Source of the DNA: Wallemia ichthyophaga EXF-994
Lineage: Eukaryota; Fungi; Basidiomycota
Assembly: GCF_000400465.1 (NCBI RefSeq)
Contig: NW_008806276.1
Span: 330,001 to 362,000 of the forward strand
Length of the DNA: 32,000 nt
Direction: 5' to 3'
Shown here: in pieces, positions 18,945 through 30,700 of the stretch
How positions within the stretch are numbered: the stretch's first letter is position 1
How the letters are laid out: each line of letters starts with the position of its first letter
Translations under genes and position numbers: made by a program
Notes under the pieces: model-generated
Told to the model about the DNA's origin: nothing
Database searches by the model: none
What the model saw: only the letters and a program-made list of their open reading frames with translations

Positions 18945-19953
18945 ATGTCATTTTCTCCATATACGCAGTGAGTTTATTTGAATTTATATTTATCCACGCT
19001 TATCTCATTTGGTAGAAACGGCGGTACAAGTAAGCCACTCATCGATACCCATCGGCGCATACTAATTTCCATTCAGTCCTGGCAATCGCAGGTAAAGATT
19101 TTTGCGTTGTCGCGGGTGATACTCGTCAATCAGAGGGCTTCTCCATCCAATCGAGATACGAAACCAAAGTCTGGAGATTGTTGGTACACGTCTTATCCCA
19201 CCCAGTTCACAATCTTATCCACTCAAAGGAATGAGAAAGCAACTATCGCAGCTAACGGCTTCGCTGCTGACTGCAAGCAACTCGTAAAGAGAGTGAAATG
19301 GAGACTCGAGGTGAGTTAGACCTATCTCACCAGCCTTATCTTACTCAATCTTCTCTATAGACTTACAAGCACGCTCACAACAGAGAAATGCCACTTAAAT
19401 CCATAGCCAGAATGGTACAAACCATGCTTTATGGTAAGAGATTCTTCCCATTCTACTCATACGTAATCATTGGTGGTATTGATGATGATGGTAAGAATCA
19501 TGATTAAACTCAGTTATTTCTAATGAGTTTCTTTAAGGCACTGGTGCTGTCTACGGCTTCGATCCTGTTGGCAGTTATGAAAGAGAGACCTGCAGGGCCG
19601 CAGGTGCGGCTCAATCGCTTCTTCAACCATTCCTCGATAATCAAATTTACTTCAGAAATCAACAGCCAGCTGACCCAACCAATCCTCCTATACCTGGTAC
19701 CCTTCCACTCGATAATGTCTTGGCAATCGTAACAGATTCTTTCACAGGTGCAACTGAGCGTCATATTGAAGTCGGTGACGCTTTAGAGATGTATGTTGTC
19801 ACAAACAGCAACTGTGACTTAGGTGCTCTTCAGCAAATCACTCAATCTGCTACCAAAACTGATTTGGAACAAGTCGCTAGAGAAGAAGCTGAGTTTAACG
19901 GTCCAAAATCATGCAAGACTTTCAAATTACTACGTCAATTGAAGAAGGATTAA
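18945..19953 (+). CDS. PRE7: 20S proteasome subunit beta-6 (Pre7/PSMB1); 6 coding exons
   Basis: Reads MSFSPYTQNGGT|ILAIAGKDFCVVAGDTRQSEGFSIQSRYETKV...ANGFAADC...LYGKRFFPFYSYVIIGGID...GAVYGFDPVGSYERETCRAAGAAQSLLQPFLDNQ...DSFTGATERHIEVGDAL...LKKD*. Confidence 0.95.
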
Positions 19954-20092
19954 TGTTATTGTATGAGAAATGTATATTTCAAAGTTAAGGCTTTTGTTTT
20001 GAGTGACTTTGTTTACAAATCGCAGATGTTTGGATCGACAGTGGTATTTAATTTTCAGTTAAGATCAAACATCGGATTCCAATTCTATTTAC

Positions 20093-21504
20093 ATGCGTTC
20101 GTTTCTGCCGCTTCTATTTGTTCCACTCGCTTTTGGACATCAGAGGTTATCATCGCAGCTCAAGATTGCCTCATTAGCATTTCATGATTGCCACCCATAC
20201 AGTCTCATTCGACACAATCCTACTCGTCCCGCCTTACCGCCTGTTGAATTTCTAACGTCGTCTGAAGAGATGGTGACTTGTGCTTCGTATTCGTATCTAA
20301 AAACTTAAGAATACGCCACAAACTGCTAGATTTCTAATGAGACATCTGCCACTTCTAGAGCAAAAATACTCGAGATTTCCACCTGCCAAAATGATAATGG
20401 CATGTTCAATGACGAATGCGTCATAGCACCCTATTGACTGCAAAATTGAGAAATCTTGGTATCATTCTGTAATTATAGACTTTTCGATAAATGCAAGAAT
20501 AGATTCATCGTGAATAGTGTAGTGATGTACTCTTTCATGATCCAGATATATGTGGAATGTTTCAAGGAGTAAAACTTAAAATAAGGAGTACAAATGGGCG
20601 CAGTTTACATCTTATCGCTGTATATCGCGTGATTATCCTTGTATCAGTCTTAATGAGGCAATTTAGATAATGCGGTGGTCTCATAATAGCATGATCAACA
20701 ATGTGTTTGTCATACTACAGTGATTACTGGAAACTAGGGCGGTTTTGGTAACACTCTGGAACGAATAGCTGTTTGAAGAGGTCTATTTTGTGCTTATTTT
20801 AGGTTTATTGTGACCTATTTCACTAGCGCTATGTTACACTTTATGCTTGTCCAACTAGATGCGGTATGTCGCAGGGTGAGCGATTTAAGAGCAAAAAATG
20901 TAATTATCTAATAATTTAAAACCTAAGCTTTTAACGTGATTTCAATCACCCTTCCTTTGTGAATTTTGAAACATCGAAATGCATCTGGTGAGGTCCAACC
21001 CTCAATTTCAGAGTTGAACAAACCCCCATTTTTCTTTGCACGAATCGCAATTAATAGGTATACGCTGATCCTAAGTAACGAATTTTTTTCTTTGGAGCCA
21101 CCACTGAGTCCTGTGAATGTTAAATTTGGGAAATGTAATCACGTTTATTGCGCCGAGTGCTTGAAGTTATTGAGTTATTGTGGTCTTTATTAGCTGAAAT
21201 ATTTGCTTACATCGATGAAGCGCGTACAATTCTTCTTATCTATTCTATAGCGTGATGCAGAGCGATGACGGATACCAACTTCCGAACAGCCTACAAGGCG
21301 CAATTGAAGGCTCAGGGATATAATCTTGGCAAGTCGTTGTAGAGATTATTCAGGGCCATTTATGAAGGGTTTCTCCTGAAGACTATCAAAACTCGTAAAT
21401 CAGTCATCTTGGTTGATAGACAGGTGGTAGTCGAGAAATCTAACACAGTGGCTATTAAGCGGATGGTTGAAATGATTGAGATGAGGATGTATTTGAAATT
21501 TTAA
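20093..21504 (+). pseudogene. Unresolved degenerate or micro-exon-rich coding relic(s), including a RING-like fragment
   Basis: A signal-peptide-like start at 20093 (MRSFLPLLFVPLAFG) and KCNHVYCAECL at 21131-21163. An 83-codon frame at 21256-21504 is broken by one TAG. Many splice-like motifs are present, but I found no consistent gene model. Confidence 0.25.
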
Positions 21505-21656
21505 AGTTGCTATGAGAATGATGCTTTTGCTAAAATGCCCAAAATGTCAGTTTATGTTATCTCTGCGTTCGTCTTATCATTTACTTGGGTCAATTGAAGG
21601 GTAGCTTTTTTTCTTCTTATAGATAGATCTGAGATAATTTACAAGTATAAAATACA

Positions 21657-24161
21657 TTATTTTGTAGGTTTACGGTAGAATTGATTAAAGCCTAAACGAA
21701 CAGCAAGGAAACGTACGTCGAGGTCAGGGTGAGATTGAAGGGCGTTGACGACGTAAGTAGCCAACTCGTGGAACTCCTCAGCAGACGACTGCACTCTAGT
21801 TCTGATACCTGCAATGCTATCGTCGTCTTCGTCGACGACGCTTGCCGCGCCGGGTGTTGAAGTCCTGCTGCCCGTCATACTAGAGCTGGAACCACCGCCT
21901 GCAACTTCAAAAGGAGCGCGCGAGATCGACGAAGCGGTTGACAATCTCTTATTGCGGTAGTTATTGTTAGCGTTATCTATGGGAGTGTGGTCAAGTGAGG
22001 ACGACATGTGAAGAGTGAACGTGTAAAGATCTTCAACCGCTCTTCTGAATGTTAAAATTACATTTAAGAGTTGTTTTGTTTTCTGCATCAACTCCTCCTA
22101 CATTTTCGCGTCAGCATCTTGGAGAACGGCTAACAAGGATTACCCACATCCCTCCGTGAAGAACGCCCACCGACGAGCATGATTTTGCTCACTATCCTCT
22201 CTAGATAGTCTCTGTGTGCAGCAATCAATGCATCCAGATCACCCTCGCGCTTTGAAGCGAACTGCTCCATACGTTCCCATGAGCACTCTATCACTTCGAG
22301 ATGACAGTAAGCTTCCAATTCCTTGACAAAATGGATCATTTCAGACATTGCAAGACGCGCCTGATGCCAATCGTTATCGAGACCTAAGAATGAGTATCAT
22401 AAGCATGATTCTTGTCATAAAGACGCCACTGTACTCACTCGGAACCTTTAGATACGAGCGTTTGCCCATAACACACCTCTTCCAACCCTTCACCAGATCG
22501 CTCTCGACCCTCTTCAGTCTCCAGAGGTAGTTGAAGATCCTCCTGTACTTGGACATAACTTCGGGCGTGAGTATGACATCGAGGGGCTGATCGACCCTGT
22601 ACTCGAGCGTAAACACGTCCCATCCAATCTCACCGTGTGTGTACTCAAGCATGCGCGCATCGAGTCTGCGCAGCATCTCTTGATCATCATACTGAGCGTT
22701 GGATCCCCGGATAGCTGCCTCTAGGGTGGCAGTGAGGTTATGACGATAGAGTGTATTTGCAGGTCTCGCCAGCGATGGCCCGATCGACTCCATCAATATG
22801 TCAACAAAGTCACCACTACCGAGCATGAGATATCTCTTTAGTGCTTGGAGGTGGTCCATCAGTTTGTACTTTGAAAACATATTCTCGAGCAGCCTCTGAC
22901 TGGCGATGGAAAAGGCAATATCGATCGATTGTTCAAGAGACGGTATATCAGAGTAAGTGAGTACCTTGTTTGCAATATCCGATATCTGGTTAGTTGCGAA
23001 GAACTCCTCATCCATACAGCTGTGTCTGATAAAGTTCAAACTCTTTCCGATACTGAATATTTTCTTTGCGAACGCCTCTCCGACAAAGCGTGGCCTCATC
23101 TCATCTCGCACACTGTATTTCTTGGCCCACAGCTGCCCGGCGTCGATGTTCGCCTTGTGTTCGGCTGTGTTGGCTGCACCCACCATCCAGCCGAAAGAGT
23201 TGAGATCCATGCCGAGGTCGTTGTTATTGCTGACGAAAAACTCCTTGAATGGGTCGTATAGCTCTCCAGACGTTATCCAAGTGTGCAGGGTGTTGAAGAA
23301 GGGTTGAGAAACCTGTTTATGTTAGCATTAACTATCCATAAGACTCCCCAACTAACCTCTTCAAGCAACTCCGAAACGAATGCGCGGATGAAAGGATCGC
23401 CATTCTCCGTGTAGCCATGTATAAGAGAGACTAGAGCACCGCCGTGTACATCTTCTGCTCCTTGTACGAGAGTGCTCATCATTCGCATTTTCAGACGCCA
23501 TTCTTCCGTCCAAACGGATATTCTGCCAAGAGTGAGACTGTCTGTCGAATCGCTGTGATCGTCGTCTTTTTCGGGAGTGTGCGCCAGCTGAGCTTCGAGT
23601 AGGGCAATCAGGCGATAAAAGTCATATAAACGATTTTGCACGTGTCTTGAGAGGGCCTATTGTGTGTTAGATAGTAAATAGCCAAATGGACGACGAACCT
23701 GAGTGATAAGACCCTTAGAAGTAGAAGTACTGCATTCGTGCACGAACTCAGCGACCTGCTTGTATAACCAGCCCAATTCAGCCAAGCGGATGACAAGTTC
23801 AAGTGTTGGTTTTGGAACGCGTTTCGACTGCATGGAGTTGAGATTTGAGCAGGCAAAGGATGTGGAGCGATCAGACTCACGCGCTGTCCAGTTGGAATGA
23901 GCTTGAACTCGCTCTGATTGGCTGTGCCTTGGAATCTGAAGAAGGTGCCGTCGATGCCCTGGAGGATATTGACTGTATCTCTGAGGATATCGATAGATGA
24001 TGTGTTGTTCAAGCCTGTAAATGTCAAAAGACATCTATACGCTGCATAACCCACTCACCGTGCTCGTCTCTCCATTTGGACAAGAGCTGTGATTTGGAGA
24101 GCCCCGAAGAAATGGGCGCTGCAGGTAAGATGGGCGGTTCCGGGAGCTGAGGGATATTCAT
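21657..24161 (-). CDS. SPC98: Gamma-tubulin complex component 3 (Spc98/GCP3); about 7 exons
   Basis: Motifs ILRDTVNILQGIDG, LAELGWLY, FYRLIALLE, HGGALVSLIHGYTENGDPF, VSQPFF..L..WITSGELYDPFKEFF, KIFSIGKSLNF, HLQALKRYLMLGSGDF, LYRHNLTATLEAAIRGSNAQ, GWDVFTLEYRVD.PL, YLWRLKRVE and LAVRLGFNQFY all match GRIP1/GRIP2 of GCP3. Confidence 0.93.
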
Positions 24162-24284
24162 CGTGCAGCGCCTGTAAATTTATATCTCGCGTCGTGATGG
24201 ATGTTTTGGTGAATCACTTGTAGGGATTTGGAAATTACAATGCTAGTGCAAAGAGCGCTTATAATTTATTAGGCATTACAGGCC

Positions 24285-24843
24285 TCACGCTGGCGAATTG
24301 TTAGCAACGCGTCTTAGTCAGTGTGCACGCAACTTACTTTGAAGGTAATCGGCTGCGACGAGTCTGCGGGATTGTTAGTTGTTGTAAATACCACAAAGAT
24401 ACACGCACAGCTCAAGCGCGATCTCTGGCGGTATCCTCTCTTGGAAATCTGGCACTGTTTCCTTATTGTCTACGCTCTCGTACCTCTGCTTGAATAGAAG
24501 ATACTCGCAGACCTTTTCTAGGACGACGCCACTGAGGCGCTGTCAGCTGGTATACCCACTGATAGGCAAAAGCTTAAGATCCCACCGAATATCCAGATTA
24601 CAGGTATTGCTCATGCTCTCACTGAATGCACCTGGGCTGCTTTAGATTTGTGTGATTGCTGTATAAATACCCCTTACTGTCCTCTCCAAGCATATCTGCC
24701 AACATGCCCGCCTTGAGTGCCACTGGCTTTGGGATTATAAAGGAAAACTCGTCTGAAGAAATCAGCGTGACATTCTGTTGCGTCTGCTAAGCGTTATGTG
24801 GTATATAATATACTCTTCCCACTTTATTAGCCTGCTCACTCAT
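24285..24843 (-). CDS. ELC1: Elongin C; 6 exons (absent from the ORF track)
   Basis: Spliced product: MSEQANKVGR|NVTLISSDEFSFIIPKPVALKAGMLADMLGED|SAFSESMSNTCNLDIR|GVVLEKVCEYLLFKQRYESVDNKETVPDFQERIPPEIALEL|LVAADYLQ|T*. It contains the hallmark LISSD, LEKVCEYL and IPPEIALELLVAADYL motifs. Confidence 0.93.
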
Positions 24844-24942
24844 TCGATTATCACTGTTATCGTACACGCATGAATTAGCTCATTATGTCTATGAATTTCT
24901 ATTACAAAAGTTTATATGCATCGTCTAGCACTCGTGCATCAT

Positions 24943-26655
24943 TTAGTCCTCGTAGCACTCATACCAGTTTCCTCCCTCCATGCTCCACCTCTGCGACTCG
25001 ATGAAATCAGACAGCCGACACAAGCCCTTCTCCTGGCCGAGAGGACCGCAATTGGAAAATTTGAGCGGATAAACACCTTCATTCATCTTGATGCGTACGT
25101 AGTCCTCCTCTGCGTCGTACTCACCAATCGATTCACCACAATGTATCTTCTCAAACGTGATTCTACCCGAGAATGGTGTGTACTTGGATATATCAAATAG
25201 GTAATTTGGTGTTGGTTCTCTTCTGTCTATCAGGAAGGGCAAGTGCCTAAGTCCAGGTGGCTTTGCTAGTCCCAATGCTGAGATTATGTTCACCATTGAG
25301 CTGTCGTGGCTGAAATCGACAAAGACTTTATGACCCATTTGATTCCTATCTTTTGGTGGTATTGGGAATGTCGCTGGATCTGCGTCCAAAGTCTGATTTG
25401 TTGAGGTTGAATCGACCACAGGTTCACCTGTCAGTCTCGAAATGAGCTCGTTGACATATCCAATACCTCGAGCCCTTCCAAGTGGATGACCATAGCTCGA
25501 ATCGTAGTACTTTTGCAAGATCAAGTAGTAGGAGTAGTGATGAAAATCTTCTAGGCTATACATTTTGCACCATTCACTGATGTAGCCATTGTTGACGACA
25601 GTCTGGGTTTTTGTTAGGGTTTTGTGAAAAGTTTGATCGACAAGAGCAAACTCACGTCAAAGGCACAGGTGTGGAAGAGATTGACAATGTCTTTGTGTTC
25701 AAGTTTTGCACCTGGAAAGTTGTCATTCCACCACTTGGCCCAGTGAGGAGTCCACAGAGAAGCATAGACATCAGAAACATCATCACCGATAGTAGTCGAA
25801 TGGTTTGAAGCGAGTGGGCAATTTGAGATATCCAGTGTATTGTTATGTGCTTTACCTTCTGGTAAGATGACATCAAGATCGTCGTAAGCCTTCCAAATAG
25901 GATCGTCGTTGAAACCCAATTGGAAGAGCTGAGCACTCTCAATGACACGAGGTGAGCTTGGTGCGCGATAGAAAGGAGGGAAAGAATTGTCAATAAGATC
26001 TTTGTACTGATCAAAGAAGCGCTTTCCAGAGTTATAGGCTTGTTGACGACCCATCCAAACGAGGTCTTCCTCACCGAGGGTTTGTCTGATATCATAATGG
26101 CTAACAAAGTTTAATTTGGAGTGCTTTGCAGGTCTTTTAGCGTTATGCAGTTTATCGATAGTTGCAACCATTTCATTACGAGGTTTGTGATCGGGGAAGC
26201 GAGCGCCGTGACGTTCAAGCTGTAAAGAAGGAGTGAGAGTGTGTTTATATGGTAGTGAATCGACGGACAATAGTAACCATATCAATGGTACAAGATTGAG
26301 GTAATTGATCAGGTACGCCCCAGTCCACGTCGTATTGAGGGGAGTACTGAGCGATCTGATAGGGTATAAGAGGAGATTAGATAGAATAGAATCAACTGAC
26401 GCCGCCTTGGAGAATATCCTGTAAATGGAATGAGCAACGAGGATCATCAATTCGAACGTATAAACGCACCTGTCTACTGACTTTGGGTTTGAGTAGATTT
26501 GGAACAGTTACATGGGTTTTGAATACAGCGCCGAGAATAAAGGCACCAATCGTAGCCCCCAGTAACCATCTAATCGCCGTATTCAACCAGGTTAATCTAC
26601 GTGGTTCATTAGAATAACTACGCAGTGGAAGCGTCTCAGTATTTTTTAAAAACAT
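24943..26655 (-). CDS. Histidine acid phosphatase/phytase-like enzyme with N-terminal TM anchor; 5 exons
   Basis: Catalytic RHGARFP and HD (FSHDSSM) motifs, plus AQYSP, LPQSCTI, RVIESAQLF, RARGIGYVNELISRLT, PFSGRITFEK and YVRIKMNE. A hydrophobic segment, WLLGATIGAFILGAVF, lies near the N-terminus. One exon is an 18-nt micro-exon. Confidence 0.9.
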
Positions 26656-26735
26656 AATTAATTTTCATATGTTGGTTGTTACATTCAAACAGAGAAATCA
26701 ACTTCTTAAACCTTAACAGCGACCGCAACAATCAA

Positions 26736-27654
26736 ATGGAGGACGAGAAACTCATTTCTAAATTATGGAAAGTGTCGCGTACATCTCATGAGTTGGTTCA
26801 GGATCGAGTTAGTCGTTGTGTTGTCCTCTAAGCATCGCTGACTCTTCCAATCCCAGGGATTTGCTGTTTCCCAGGAAGAGATTGAAGTTCCTTACGCCGA
26901 CTTCAAAGGTCAATACGCAGGTAATGGCATGATAGAGTGCGCATTTTAATTCCTCTCATTCACCCTCTCCTCACCCACCACCGACAGCCGCAATTCACTG
27001 CACTTCTTCGCCAGTCTGGAAGATAACCCCGATGATCAGATATTCGTTTACTTCGCAGATGAGCCTAGCATTGGTATAAAGACTATGAGAAAGTGCGTCG
27101 TTTCTCCCTGTGTGGGTTGCTGCTCATCGTTATTAGATTCTTGACTGTTTTGGAGGAGAGAAAGATCGGCAGAGGTATTTTGATTTACCCAGAGAAACTC
27201 ACACCAGCAGCAAACAAGGTGATTGGTTTCCTTGGCCCTTAGCCCCCACAGTTCTCACAATTTACAGGTCATTGCTGAAATGGCTGCTGACTACAAGTTA
27301 CAAGCATTCACAGAGTCCGAATTGCAAGTAAACATCACGTGAGTGATTTATCCCTCTATTCTCCTCTTCCAATCCCGCTAACATGCTACTTAAAGCCACC
27401 ACCAGCTCGTCCCCCAGCACGAAGTTCTCACTGCAGAGGAGAAGAAGCTGCTGTTACAAAAATATAGACTCAAACCAACCCAGCTGCCTCGTATACTAAC
27501 TAGCGTCAGTCCCGTTCCTTGCGCAACTATGTCTTCTTATACCCCACAGGATCCCGTGGCCAGATACTTTGGATTAGAGAGAGGTCAAGTCGTGAAAATT
27601 ATCAGACCTTCAGAAACTTCTGGTCGTTACGCTTCCTACAGAATTTGCTTCTAG
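26736..27654 (+). CDS. RPB5: RNA polymerase I/II/III shared subunit Rpb5; 6 exons (absent from the ORF track)
   Basis: Reads [16 protein letters not shown]|GF...[19 protein letters not shown]...[11 protein letters not shown]|[11 protein letters not shown]...[16 protein letters not shown]...[34 protein letters not shown]. Confidence 0.97.
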
Positions 27655-27756
27655 TTTGTTCATTTATGTAATTTATTCAAGGCCTATGTCTTTATGTCGT
27701 GCTGCCTCCGATATTTCCCATGCTTTCACTTACGCGCCTCTTTCGCGATAACAACG

Positions 27757-30700
27757 ATGGCTGTTCCAGTGAGCTCAAACGTTACATCGCCTCAGCCATC
27801 TACGAACTCTCAATTGAGGCCGGCGCGTGTACGTAGATCGGCAGCTGTCAGTGGTAATCGTACGCACTATCTTATTTTCTCGCTAATATCACTAACATCT
27901 TCCAGCTGAGGTTATGGACGTCGACGCAGACGTAAATTCTGACTCTGAATCTGATGCCGTTCAAGACTCTGATCACTATTCGCACGAAAATATCCCATCT
28001 CCTGCTGAATCCAGTCACGATGAGTTTGAAGAGGTCGCCCCTAAGAAGAAACCGAGGAAATCCGCCATGAAAGGCGCAGGCGCTGCTTTAAAGAGAAAGA
28101 AGAACGTCCAGATACGCAAAGACCACGATTCTGACAACTTTCTCTACGAAACACTCACAGAAGCTACCGTCGATCTTCCAACTGCTGTACAAGACTGGCT
28201 AGCGATGTACGTTGACAGCCGTCGCGAAGCTTTGCGAATCCTCATCAACTGCCTGATCAAGGTTTGTTTGTCTATTCCCAATTGACGCGTTATTCACCCT
28301 TATCACAGTCCACCGGCTGTCAACACACAATTACATCAGATCAAGTTGTCGATTTTGACTCTATTCCTGATGTAGTTGACTCTTTAGAACGCTCTTTCAA
28401 AACCCAGTCTAATACCGCATACCCTCTAATACATCGTGTCGGTACGCTCAAGAAAATTGGCGGTTCAATATCAAAACTTCTCGAAGATTTGGTCAGCGCG
28501 GCTTCTGAGTCTTCAGCACTCTACGATGTATCTGAAGAGAGTGAAACTTTGATGGAGACTAGCCAGCAGTGGATTACCAGCTTATCGTCTTCCCCACTCC
28601 GCGCATTTAGACATACAGCCACAGTCTGGGGTCTTTCGCTATCCAGCGCGCTATGCAAGCTTGCTAAAGACTTTGATAAACAATTCTCAAAAGAAACCAG
28701 ACGCCGTCAATCTTCCAATAAGTCAGATTCCCTCCTTTCACGCAAGACAACTGTCGAAAATTACATTCAAGAGATCACTGATGGTTTATTTATACACAGA
28801 TATAGAGACGTAGAACCAATTATCCGATCAGAATGTGTAAAAGCACTCGGCAGTTGGATGAAAACATGGCCGAACCACTTTTTGGAAGGCAACTACTTGA
28901 GATACACAGGATGGTTGCTTTCAGACACCGACTCTTCAGTCAGACACGCCGCTATTGAATCACTGATTACCCTGTATGGTTCAGACGATCATCTCACTCC
29001 ACTGCAGCATTTCACTGATAGATTCAAACAGCGTCTGTTGGAGATCTGCTTGAAAGATGTTGATGCACCGGTTAGAATTTCAGCGCTCAAGCTTATGACT
29101 GCTATCGATGGCCACGAGCTGCTTGAAGACAATGAACGTATACAGGTCTCAAAGTTAGCATTCGATATAAATCCAAAAATACGCAAAACATGTGGAGATT
29201 TTTGGCAAAGATTGGTGGAAGATGAGCAGCAAAGACTTAGGGGAACTCTTGGTGACGATGATGATGATACTGAGAAGGAGGACATCGATCAACTAACAAT
29301 GATCAAAGCCTTTACTAGTCTTCTTGTGACATCCACTCGCTCCATCGATGGTAATAGCAGCGTTAATGATGGAAATGAGGTTGGTAGTAGATTAAGAATC
29401 GCATTGGATGATCTCTGGTCATCGTTGCAAGTTGCGCGCGATTGGAAGGCGATGCTGTCTACTTTGATCATGGACCATTCTAGTAGCGACGATGATTTAG
29501 CTCAGTTCAAGTTGAAAGAGGATGAAGAGAATGTGTTAGTTGAGTTGTTCTGCGCTTGCGTCAGCCATATACATGCCGAGGCAAACCCTTCGACAGAATC
29601 AACCGGACGCAAGAAGAAGAAAATTGTTGACGATACAGACTATACTTCAGTCTCGCGTCAACTCATGCAAGACTTACCAAGTCTTTTCTCCAAACACCAA
29701 GCCATTCCCTCTCGTATAGCTGACCTGCTCTCTTTGCCGAGATATATGCAGTTGACACTCTATTTGGATATGAGAATGGAAAGTGAGTTTGAGTCACTGT
29801 ATAATGAAATTTGCCAGCAGCTTCAGAAGCATTCTCTGCCGTCCGTATTGGAAGCTGCTACAGATAGCATATTTGCTTTGAATGATGCAGGTGTTTTTGT
29901 CCACATCAGCGAAAGGAACTTGAATGCTCTGGTGTACAATCTGACATTAGCTCTCAAAACTTTAGTTGCTGGTCAGGAGATTGAAGATGTAGATATCGAC
30001 CAAGAGAGCGTCAGCAGACTTGAGTCGGCGTTGTTGAGACTGGTTTATGTCGTCACTAGGAGCAACATAAGTGACACACTGAATGAGAGCTCAGCAGAAA
30101 GTGCAAATGTCTGTCAAATTGTTCAAGCTTTGGCTAGTAGAGGTGCATTAGGCTACGAGATTGAGTCAAAGGTGAGCAGAGATGCGAGATGCGAGATGTG
30201 AGATGGTCACGTGAGACAAATTAACACAAAAACAGATGGTCGAAAACGCTTTGCAGCTTCTCTTCTTAGATCTTCTCTGGACTGTGTCTGAACTTGTGAA
30301 GTTGCAACCAACGACAACGGACAACGAAGACTCTGAGTATGAGTTTAAGAAGATGCAAGTCAAGACACTCCGCGACAATCTCTATCATCTTGCTATTGAC
30401 TTGTCGGTTGGGTCGACATCAAACTCGACAGACAGCGTCAAATCGAAGGGATTCAAGATTTTAATGGAGATAGTCATATTGTTTGCAGACAACCGTCCAA
30501 AGGAATTGAGCACTGAAGTTTCAAAGCACACTTCAATGGAGTTTAGTGAAGAAACGCAGCTGAGATGTATGGGATATGTTGAGTCAGAGATCGATAAGTT
30601 TGCCGAGGAGATTCACGTTAACGCTGACAATGACGACGACGAAGCTGCAGAGGAAATCCAAAATGACAAGCAAAGCAGTGATGAGGATGAAGCACCTAAA

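Noticed and set aside
20540-20630. RSLHLIAVYR resembles a LINE/APE endonuclease strand motif
   Set aside because: The other endonuclease motifs (N-terminal N, GDFN, SDH) are not found in frame. One short motif is insufficient.
22348-23900. Several antisense and alternative-frame ORFs over GCP3, and similar ones over SCC3 (28989-31969), CCP1 and the TM-FG gene
   Set aside because: These are shadow ORFs expected from GC-rich or low-complexity coding sequence. They have no motifs and overlap well-supported genes.
24172-24410. In-frame ELC1-GCP3 fusion by splicing the phase-2 ELC1 donor (GTGCGT) to the AG at 24172
   Set aside because: The phases are compatible, but this needs a roughly 230-nt exon-skipping intron and would delete the Elongin C C-terminal helix. 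There is no positive evidence in the sequence.
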